A stretch of 62,039 nt of DNA, filler included. It is 8 parts of 8 records of this genome, joined end to end, with 100 filler letters (N's around TTAATTAATTAA, not from the genome) between each part and the next. Parts side by side here need not be neighbours in the genome. Positions count along the whole stretch, not along the records: positions 1 to 21,133 come from SRR15195285_314; 7 more parts are not named here. One strand, given 5' to 3'. A model generated the notes under the pieces. It made no database searches, had not been told where the DNA came from, and worked only from the letters and a program-made list of their open reading frames with translations. Numbering within the stretch: the stretch's first letter is position 1; each line of letters starts with the position of its first letter. Position numbers and translations under genes: made by a program. This document shows positions 1 through 11,400 of this stretch, in pieces.

Positions 1-326
1 TCTATTTTTTCTCGGACCCACCACTCATACTATTGATCTCAAAGGGCTGTGTGTGCGACGCCGGCCGCGGTGCCGCTCCCTGCCGGCGCCTGCGCTCCGC
101 GCGCGGCCGGCGCGCGGAGCCGCCGCCCGAATCCCGCGTGCCGGCGCGGCTGTGCCGGCGATCCGGATCGGCGCTCGAGCGATCAGGGCAGCACTGCTCG
201 CGGGCTGAGGCTGCTCCGATAGGCTGCCTGAGCGGCGGCACGTCGCGGCTGCAGCTACAGTGCGGCGCGATCCGGAGCACCGACGTCGAGTGAGCGTCGA
301 CTGAGTCCACATCTGGTCGAACCAGC

Positions 327-2011
327 ATGCCACGCCCGCCCATTGGTGCGAGCGACCAGCTAGAAATGAAACATCGACGTTCGTGCTGCATCAAAAGCAT
401 GGTTGGTGGTCGACTCACCCTAATGATCTTCGTGCGTTCACTCACAAGACCTGTGCGATGCGATCAGATCTGATCGGTATGTTGCCGCACTCAAAATTCT
501 AAAGCTGTGGACGCACGCAGGCCTCAACGATTGCCCTCTCTACGGTGATTGTGTTCCCAAGTGCAAACGATGTCCTGATCAAGATATTGTGCTCTGCCAT
601 TACGTGCATGGCAATAACATTGTGCTATAGCAACGGTGGCAGTTCGAGGTCGGGAGAGACTCAGCCATTGCTGTCCGAAGCAGCTACAAACTGTCCAAGC
701 ACGCTGCAAGTATCATCGCGCGAAGTGTACTTGGACAATTTGAAGGTGCTTCTAACAATGTTGGTTGTCAACCACCACTCATTGATGGCAGTTGAAAGCC
801 CTGGCACCTGGTTCCTTACTCTGAGCAAACCTGCAGCCGAGACGGGATCATTTGCTATCTTTGCCGAGACGATTACAGGATTGAATCAGAGCTACTTCAT
901 GAGTCTCTTTTTTTTCATCAGCGGGCTTTTTACGCCGCCCTCGTACGACAAATGGATGCGCACTGGATCTGGAGGGTGGCGAGCTTTTTTGCGCAACAAG
1001 TTTCAACGGCTGGGGGTACCGTTCCTATTGTGCCTCTACGTATTCGGTCCACTGGCCGACGTTTTTGTCGAGGTTGCTGTGACAAGATCAAAAATGCAGT
1101 ACACCCCCGACCCACGCAATGCTTGGTTTTTGGCCTGGTTGTTGGTGTTCAACTGCTGTTTCTGTTTCATAGGCGGTGCTTGTATCTTGGTCGAGCGCCC
1201 ATCTCTGATACTGATGGTTGGATCGGGACTGGTCCTGGGACTGTTGCAAGGGTCGCTTGCGACATGTGGAGTGACAAACTTTGCGATGATGCCTGTGAGC
1301 GCTCTTGGCAATCTACCATTCGATATAGTCTTCTTTGCCAGCGGATGTTGCGCATCGGCAAAAAGGAAAGCGTGGCTAAGTACCACTGACGAATGGTGGG
1401 ATGCTGTCGAGCTGCCTGCCTTCATTGGCACTGTTGTGTGCTGTGCGACGTATTGCATGTATGTCATGATCATACAAACAGGTGTCATCAGTATGTCTAG
1501 CTTCAAAGTGGCCGGGACTATTTCGGAAGGAGTATTGGGAGGATTGTGCACCATATTTATCAGCGTGTGGCTACTTGCGTCGTTTCGCAAACGGTGGAAC
1601 TACACGACGGATTTGCTGAGCATGCTGTCAAACGCAGCATTTGCTGCTTATGTAATCCACCCGTACACTATTGTGCCCTTGGTGAGTTCTCGCACCGCTT
1701 ATGGCATTGAACTAACGAAGTATCGCAATCCTGCACCCCTGCCTTTTTGGTAAATCATAATGATATTAACACGTTCGGTCGGATTGATGGGAATCTAGAC
1801 GGTGCTATACATCGAGGTATTGCGAAACAATGGCATTGATCTGAGGTATTCCAACACAACATCGCCGTTTCAGAATACCTCTTCAACGACACATCTCAGT
1901 GGCACATATGCATGGGGAGGTTGGGTCTTCATTTGCATTGGAGCGCAAGTGGCGACCTGGTCGCTCGCGCACTTTTTGCGGAAGCTGCCTTTTGTGCGAT
2001 CCATTTTGTAG
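327..2011 (+). CDS. Acyltransferase family 3 (OpgC-like) membrane protein; predicted exons 327-431, 521-1681, 1799-2011
   Basis: Motifs YLDNLKVLLTMLVVNHH, YFMSLFFFISGLF, WFLAWLLVF and AAYVIHP, plus many hydrophobic segments. Phase-0 GT-AG introns 432-520 (GTGCGT..GCAG) and 1682-1798 (GTGAGT..CTAG) join ORFs 545..1753 and 1802..2011 and give a typical ..LRKLPFVRSIL end. The first exon is less certain. Confidence 0.8.
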
Positions 2012-2470
2012 CGCGCATGATTTTGTCATCCATAAAAAATTGTGTCATCAATGCCAATAGTTTGCTTATTCCTATACCGGTCCAAGTATGCGTGCATCGA
2101 GGGGGATGCTTCCTAGTACCCTTGCTACGCGTAGCGCGTGCCGTGTTGGCATGCATGCTGAGTTGGCAGACGCGCAGATCTAAGCGGGTCAGACACGGAT
2201 CTCGAATCTCTGTCGAACACGGAATTCGACCCATACCCCGTACCCCCGCTGTGGCACCGAGTCCATGAACAATTGTGACACAACTGTCACAGCTGTCGAA
2301 GTCTGATCACCAACTTTCGGTTCATTGCTCAGAGATATAGCGGACTAGTCGAACTACAATTGTGATGCATAGCTATGTACAGCCGGTCCCGGACGATGAC
2401 GATGACGATGTCTACGGCGGGGAGAGGGTATGCGTCCATCGGAGATCAGCAAAGTCAGAACCGTACACCT

Positions 2471-5400
2471 CTAGGTTGATTTATACACATGGCAATCCAA
2501 CACATTCGCAAGTAGCGTAGATGTCGTGTCCACGTGTGGAGGTAGTAAGAGGTTGTCGTGATTGCCCGGGGTGAGCAGCACCTCAAGCTTACCAGCCTGT
2601 GTGAATTGCGCCCAGCCACGGTGGTTGCTCGTAGTAGCTGTGAGGTCATCACTGTTCACTATCACCTCGATAGGGCGGGCATTCTCTGAGAAATGCTCGA
2701 GATGTACATCTGCAGAGGACTTCGTGTCGTCTGACCCACTGAAGAGCACAACTTCTCCAGAGTAGCGCTTCGGCACATAGCCCAGCAATAGCTGTTCGCT
2801 TTCCACGTAATCATCCACAAACTGTGACAGGTACACCAGACCCTCCTCCAGCGGTATCAATCCCTCTAGCAAATGCTGGTACATGTAGTGGAACCGTCGA
2901 TCGTTTGACTCAGCGCTTGCCAACATCGCTGCATCAACTGTGCACGGCCCTGTGATTGAGCGTGTTGGAAACGCGTACCAAACTGCCATACTTACTGCCA
3001 TCAGGTGCTTTATCTGCGTGTCATCCTCCAACTGCTCAAAAGTTTTGGGCAGCTGTGAGGGGAACCAGCCGATGGCAGAAGTCGGTGCCACCTCGAGCAT
3101 GATCAACAGCGGCACAGCGTAGCCGTTCTCCTGAAGCTGCTGTGCAATCTCGAAGCCAAGAACTGCGCCAAAGGACCACCCCCCAAGTAGTACTGGCTTA
3201 TTCTTTGGTATAAGCAAAGAGATGGCGTTGACATAGTGTGCTGCCATCTGCTCCAGTGAGGTGTAAGCACATCGCTGTGCCAGAGGCCGGTGGTCTTCGA
3301 GGCCGTAGACTGTCTGATCTTTGCCCAGCTTCTCGACTACTCGATTGTAAGTCAGAGTTGTTCGCAGAGCAGGGTGAACAAGAAACAGTGGTACTTTGTC
3401 ATCTTCTGTGCCTTGCTGTATTACCACTATGGATGCATCTGCCAGCCGGTCCTTCCGCAGCAATGTCGCCATGGCAGTCACAGTTCGATTGTTGAAGATG
3501 GCTGTGAATGGAATGTCGACTTTGAGTTTCTTTCGTATCTGTAGTGTCACTGCGACAGCAAGCAGTGAATCGCCACCGCGAAGGAAGAAATCATCATCAG
3601 TGCTCAGAAAAGCTGTGCTTCGAAGTGACAGGGCATCGCAAAAGATAGTCAGCAGCTGGATCTCAATGGCATGTTGATCTGGGGCGAATGTGGCTCCATC
3701 CACATCGCTAGCGCCGCTAGTAGTCCCGAACGTCTTCATTGCTTGGTCACCGCGCACTTTACCAAGACCGTCTACAGCCGCTGCCAGCTCAGCTATCGTG
3801 TTGCACTCGAAAACAGTCGACTGCTCAACAGTCAGTCCAGCCCGGTTCATCAGATCGCAAACCATGCGACGGAGAATGACACGTGTGAAAAGATTGCGGC
3901 TCTCGGTAAGAACGTCGAAAGTCTGACTGATACCAACTTCAGGCAGGTGCAGCACCTTTCTCCAGACATCAGCAATCTTACGCTCAGTTGCACTGAGTGA
4001 CTTCGCGCCCAATGGTTGTGCATCAGAACCAACTGTATTTTCTGCCGCGCCGTCGTCGACAATTGTCTCCATCAGCTTTGCACGGTCAATCTTACCGTTC
4101 AAGTTGAGCGGTAGCGCGTTTACGCGATGGAATGCTGTCGGCACCATATATCGAGGCAGACGACTAGATACATGTGATGCCAACTCAATCGAACCGATCG
4201 TCTTGCCCGGCTCGACGTTGGACTCTGCTTGACCACCGGTGCTTGATGCCTCAGCAGCTCTTGATGCCGACACATTGCCACTGGCCATAGGGCCAAGCAC
4301 GAGAGCATGCAAAAGTTGCCCACTGGTAGCAAGTCCGAGAGCACGCTGCAACGCTTGGCTGTTCAGACCACCTAAAGGGCAGACGCCAATGGAGCCGTCC
4401 GTGTCAAGCGCAGCCATCATCAGCGCGTGTCCAATTCGCCCAGCGATTAACAGTGACTTCCGGGACCTGGCAGCGTTCGCAAAAATCGACACTAGAGCGG
4501 TCGCGTTGGCAGCAAATGCGTTCTCCTTCCCTCCCAAGAGTGTCGCCATTGACTGTGACAGTTCCAGCTCCTCGGAAGAACTAGTCATCGGGACGAGCTG
4601 GAGTTTCCCACCATTCTCTGGAACTATCTCAAATCGTCTCGCAGTAGCATCTACACCTGAAGTCAGCATTGGAGTATTGACCAACACGTAAACGGAAACC
4701 TGCTGTGTCTTGTTGGTTGCACAGGGTTTTAGACAGCTACACGCAGCCTCCATGATGACTTGGAGTTGAGCCAAGGGCATTGCAGTGCCTGCAAAACTTC
4801 TGCAGCTCTTTCGTGCATTGCTCAGTGGAACAGCAATTTCTGCAGATTGGCTCACAAGAGGAATGGAGGGCGTCGACACTTCGTCGAAGCTTCGAATGTT
4901 GTGCTGATCGATCTTAAACAGAGCTGCCTCAGTAGAGCCCAATTGTTTGACAGTACTCGTAGCAGCGTCCACAGTGGGTGGCAACGCTGCAGTCCAGAAC
5001 GCCACGAGTCGCTTGGAACGAGCGGTCTGCTGCACAACCACTGCGCACTGACTGACATGACTGTGGTGAAGCAGCACGGCCTCAACTTCTTCCACTTCTA
5101 TTCGCCAACCATTGATTTTCACTTGGAAGTCTTCTCTACCCAAAATTTCAACATCTCCGCCTGGAAGGAACCGCCCAATATCACCAGTCCGATGCAGTCG
5201 CACGTTGAGTCGTGGATGCATGATGAAGCGTGGATCCGAACCATCGCCTAGATAACCTCGAGCAACACCAATACCTGAAAAGTAGATTCCCCCTGTCGTC
5301 CAGGTCGGACAATCATCCACAATGTTGCCACATAAGTCATGGCTCATCACATGTGCTTGCATATTGGGTATTGCCTTGCCGTATGGTACCGTTGTTCCGC

Positions 5401-8400
5401 CGGGAGAAAGCTGCAATGGCGTCTCGTACTTGATGGCCCACACTGTGTCTTCGGTGGGGCCGCCAGCAGCGATGAGGCGTGCGCTAGGAAAAACCTTGGC
5501 GACCCGTTCTGGCAAGGAGGCTGCAAGGCGATCGCCGCTGAGAATTACCAGCCGAAGGGAGTCAATGCGAATATGCGGGTTGGTCTCCAGGTAAACAATC
5601 AACATTTCCATGGTCGTTGGCACGGAGTTCCAAATGGTCACACGTGACGATATCAGCAATTCAGTAAGATAGGCAGGGTCAGTCAACTTCGTGTGGTCAG
5701 GAATCACCAGCGTTGCTCCTGTAGTAAGAGCTGCAAACACATCAAAGACGGACAGATCAAACCATAAGGCCGATAATGCGATAATTCTGTCGTGAGAATC
5801 AATAGCATACGACTGCACAAAGTGTGACACGAGGTTGGTGACAGAAACATGTTCAATCTCAACGCCTTTCGGTGTCCCAGTGGTGCCCGACGTAAAAATG
5901 ATGTATGCAAGGTCACTGGGCTGAATTCGTTGAGCGAGCGTAGTCATCGTGCTGACGTCTTCCTGTTCAACTGCACCATTGTCTCGCTCCTCTACAACAA
6001 ATATTGAAGCAGCAGACCCGATAATATCTGTGCAAGTGTCGCGCAAAGCACTCTGCGTCAGCACAATCACCCGAGGATAATTTGGCAGTTGTGTCACCAT
6101 GGCACGAACACGGTCTGCTGGTAATGACGCGTCAATAGGCACGTAAGCGCAGCCCATTGTCAGTACAGCAAACACCGCCACAATCTGCTCCCATCCCTTG
6201 TGCATAAACACAGGGATGCATGATTCCCGGCCAGTGCTCATCGTAGTGGAAGAACATTGTTGGATGATGGCATTGCCTGCTGCCAACAGCTGAGCACAGG
6301 ACAACGATCGACCTGCAAAAGTTATGCAGGTTTTCTTTAGTTCCGAAAGTGTTGTAGCCATCTTCTTTGGAAGCATTTCAGCTGGAAGCGCTGTTACTGT
6401 AGGTTGTCGCTCCCTGTGCTGGGCTGGAGGCACCATACAACGTTGCTGTATCCACTGCAGGTTCTCGCCAGCTGCTTCACATAACGATGACATAAGTGCA
6501 TCAAAAGATTTGAACATATCGCCAATCATCCCAGTTGGAAACAGCTCATCGACCGTGTCCCAGTGAATTACGAGGCCATCCACAGTTTCGTACACCTGAC
6601 AGTCAAAGTGTACCTGTGGAGTCTGTGATATTCCACACACGTATCTACCGAGACTTTCAAATGAAGTGGAATCGTCAAAGATCGTGCTCGTGAACACCAC
6701 AGGAAATTGCGATGCCTTTTGAGATTGCCGTTGCTTTGCCAACGCTCTCTGGACTAAGACTCCATTAAAGAACACGTTCTGCAAGTCTCGCGAGAGCTGT
6801 TTCTGAACAGTCATTGCTTTGTTTTGGAACGAACCCACTGATTCGCGGTAGTCGATTTCCAACAGAATAGTGGATGTGAAGTCGCCCACGAGGGTGTCGA
6901 CGTCTGGATGAAATGGTAGCCGATTGAACACAGTGGTGTTGATCACAAAGTGATGGCATGCTGACCATAGTGCTAACACGTCTGCAAATGCAGTACACAG
7001 TGCAACGGAAGGAGTAGCGCCGATCCCCTGTGCGCTCCGTTTAAATGCTTGCCATTGGTCGACAGTCAGGGTCATTCGTCGTCGGCAGAACTCAGGTTTC
7101 TGTAGCTCTTCTGGTGATTTGTTTATTGGTAAAGGTGGCGCTGGCGGTAAGCTTGACAATCTAGTTGCCCAGTAATGTTCGGATTCGATATATGAAAGAG
7201 AACTGCGGAATCTGGCGGCTGCGTGTACGTAGTCTCGGAACGAAAAAGTCGCGTCCACAGGAGGTGCTGAATATTCTGGGTCGGCTAGGGCATGATACTC
7301 TGTTCCCAACTCAGTGAATATGAGCACAATGCTGCGAGCATCTGCAATGATCAAATCGATACCGAAGTGAAGTCTAGCCACGCTGGAACTCAGGTGGGTA
7401 ACCCGCAGATCCCACAGCGGCCATTGTTCCAACGAGAACTGTTGTGCTGTCATCTGTGCGCGAGTGGAAACTACCACCTTGTTTTGTTCTTCTGCGTCCT
7501 CGCCAGTAAACCTCTCCTGTACTTTGTAACCTGTGACCTCTGTTGGTGGCAGGATACGCTGAAGTCCGTCCGCGTCCAATACAGCACGTAGCATCGGATG
7601 CCGCTGAACGATGATATTCAGAGCTTGGCTGAGACGAGTGACGTCCATCGATGCTACTTCAAATTCGCTGTAGCTATGGGACGCATTGTTGCCCATCTGA
7701 AACGTAGACAGTCGTCCCATCCAGTATGCGTGTTGTATTTCGTTGAGTGGAAACGGCGCGTGCACATTTTCCGTGTCTGGCAAGTAGCCATAGACGTCGA
7801 CTTGGACAGTCGGTGTCCCGGGAACAGTTTGGTGTAGTTGTTTGGTCAAATTCGCAACATTCCGCTCAGTGAAAATCATATCAATAGTCAACGAGGCAAA
7901 CTCACGACACATCGTAATAATTCGCAACGCACTGACGGAATCTCCGCCGCTGTGAAAAAAATCATCGGTGAGCTTTAGATCCGGAATCTGCAACTCTGTT
8001 GCAAACGCGTCCAACAGACGTAGCCTCAACGGTTCATTGGAAGAGTCTGAATCAGTAGCATCGCTTGCAACCTTTGTAAATTCTTTGAGCTGCACCTGGC
8101 ATGATTCACTGGGACGCGGTGGAGCATCAACGTCTAGCCAATCATGCCAGACTTGTGACAAGTGGCGCAGTGTTTGATCGAATGCGGTGAACATGACGCC
8201 GACAGTATCTTCGTCCAGCATGTGGGTATCATAATCCCACACAAGACAGACGTCAGCGTTTGAGCGATAGACTTGACAGTCCAGAAAAACATTGGGTGTC
8301 TGCGATACTCCGAATCCCTCGCGGCCCAGCCACTGCATGCAACTAGAATCAAAGTCTAGAGCAGACGTGAAGACTATTGGCAGTATTGCAGTGCCATTCT

Positions 8401-11400
8401 CAGTGTTGCGCCGCATTTCTTGGGCCACCTCGACTCCACCCATGAAACGGTGATCAAGATCATCCACTAGTTGCATCTGCACTTGTTTCAGCAGCTTTGT
8501 CAATGGTTGATTACTATCGGATACAGCCAATATAATCGTTTCTGTGAAATCCCCGAATACATCGTTTGCGGCGGGTAGCATACGATCGAAAATTGTACAG
8601 TTGATCGAGAAGGCCGAATCTGCGGACCATAAACCGACAATTCTAGCGAAGGTTGAAAGCAAGACAACAGATGGCGTCACATCAAGCTGCTGTGCCTCAC
8701 ATTCCAGCAATGACCACGTCTTCGCGTCGATTTGGGATTTGATACGATGGAATGCGGGGCTCAACATTTCACTCGAGCTGAGCTGCTTGATAGGAAGCTT
8801 TGGAGCAGGTGGTAATGAATGCAATCGCTGCAACCAGTATTCTCGAGATTTGTGGAAAGCTCCAGTAGACCGCAGTTCGTGTTCAGCGACGATGTAGTCT
8901 CGGAAAGTAAAGTCGGGCACATGTGGAAGATCACAGTGCGCGTAAGCTCGCCTCCATTCCTCGAAAAACATCCCCATGCTCTGGATGTCAATAAATGTAA
9001 GGTCAATCGAAATATGCAAGCGGTGCGTCTCACCTGACAATTTTGAGGCACAAATTTCCCAAGAAGGCCACGACGAAATGTCAATTATCTGATGCGACAT
9101 ACGCGTCCTGGTCTGGTGCAGACACTTATCCTGCTCATTGGGCGGTAAGGAGCTCAAATCTTCTTCTCGGATTTGGTACCGTGGCACAGTAGCCAATACC
9201 TGCTGTGACATGTCACCTTCGTGAAGGACAGTTCGCATGCTATCATGTCGAGAGATAACAACCCGAAGAGCTTCTGAGAGCCGGTCCAGATCGAGCTTCA
9301 TACCATCAAACTCAGTGTAGTCATGGGCTGCAACCCGCGACCGTGACAGAGCACCGCTCCTGCCAACAACATAGGCTTTCTGTATGGCGGTCAAGCCGAA
9401 TTTTCCGTACCGCTCGCCCTTGTTGTGAACAATTTCGGTGATTTCCGGGCTATCTACTGCTGCGGTCTTACTGAGAATTGCGTCAACCAGGTCACCAAAA
9501 ACTGGGTTGTAAAATAAATCGCTCAATGAAACTGAAATCCCGCTCTCCGCTAAATAGGATGCGCCTTTGATGATGGTCACCGAATCTCCGCCAAGAAAAA
9601 ACCAATTGCTAGAGTCAACAATGTGCTCAGCTTTACATTTTGGGAGCAGCTCAGCCCACATAGTCCGCAGTTTTCCAGTCAGTAAGTTCTTCGAACTTGC
9701 AGCCATAGTTTCTTGCGAGTTTGTTGCTCGAAGCTGAGTTCGAGGTTTTTGTATCGCTTGAGAAGTATTGCTGTAGACGTACGTACTGCGATCGACAGCG
9801 AACGCACTGGACTGTGCTAGGCTCTGATCCCAGCTGATACTACTGCCACTTAAGCTCTCAAGATGCGCAATCAACATTTCCTGCATCTGGTCGATAAGGC
9901 CAGCAGGGAAGACACCAACAAGAACATCGAAGTTGATGACGACAGTCTTTCCACGTCGAAATACCTGACAATCCAGATTTACCTGTGGAGTCTGACTAAC
10001 ACCATAGTCATAGGTTCCTAGCCATTTCATCGCGTCTGAGTCAAATTCCAAGGCACTGGTAAATACAACAGGAATCATAACGCCTCCCTGTCCCCTCGCC
10101 ATTCCTAAGTTGCGCAGCACTTCAATGCCACTCATATGTCGGTGCTGCAAATCTTCCCACATCTGCCCTTGCACAGCTGTGCAAAATTTCAAAAAGCTGC
10201 CTGCTTTCCCATTTGGTTTCTCCAGAAGGACTGTACCTGCTCCAGACAATAAGAAAGTTGCGAGTGCGTTAGTGGAGCAAACAGTCAAAATGATACAGGA
10301 TACCAACGCAAAACCGATCAGTAGCCAAGTGAGGTATGTGGAGTACGTACTGGTGAAATCACCAAACATGTTCCGAACGGCTCTGTGCACTTCGAGTCGA
10401 TTAAAGATCGTCACGTTGATGCAGAACGAGTCAGACTCAGACCAAGCTGCCAGGACAAGCAAAAATGAAGCACATATTGCTGAAGATGCCGTCAAACCAC
10501 GGTTTCGGCATGAACTTTGCAAGCCAACCCAGATCTCTTCTGATAAACTTGCGGTGTGCCGTACAAAACGAGGAGAGTCCGTTTTTGGTGACAGTGCAGC
10601 CAGCGGATTGTCAGGTAGAACCGGCCCATGAGGAAGAGACGACATCCGTCGCAACCAGTAATCACGCGACTTGGAAAATCGACCTTCGCGGTGCAAAGAA
10701 ACCACTGATAGCACATAGTCGTCAAAATCGAACGCCTCACTCGGGCTGATTGGCGCAGTAGCTCGATCGTCAGCTGCCAGGCGTTCGTATAATTGGTGCC
10801 ACTCTTGGAAAAAGAAGTTCACACTGCGTGCATCCAAGATTAGCAAGTCAATACTTAAGAACATCCTCGCCTCCCGCTGCTCGAGTTGAAGCACTCGAAT
10901 ATCAAATAGCGGCCACCTATCGGGCGGCATCACCTGGTGCGACATTTCGGAGCGAATTTCCAACTTTGCTGCTTCCCAAGCTCTAGGATCATCTGCACTG
11001 ACAATTACTGGGATCTGATAAGTTGTTTCTTGGGGTGGCAACACTCTTTGCGTCAAGGTAGCACTATCAAACACAAGCCGCAGCGCTGCATGCCGAGAAA
11101 TCATCTGATTCAATGATAGCTGCAATTTCTCTACATCAAAAGATGTGTTCGAAAACTCTTTGTAAGTGTGCGCCGCCACGTCTCCCAGGTCGAATGCATC
11201 ACTACGGCCAATGAGGTACGCCTGCTGAATATCGGTCAGATCAAACGGAGCCATTGGGTCGGTACGCCCGGGGTAGCTGGACGAGATATCTGGGATGTCC
11301 ACACTTTCATGAATTCTAAATTCCTCTGCCACCGACCCACGAACGCAATTGCAAATCTTCCGCACGGAGCGCTGCTGTAGTACTTGTCGGAGGCTGAATC

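Noticed and set aside
10237-10350. Apparent transmembrane helix inside the NRPS (WLLIGFALVSCIILTVC)
   Set aside because: It is the translation of an in-frame intron.
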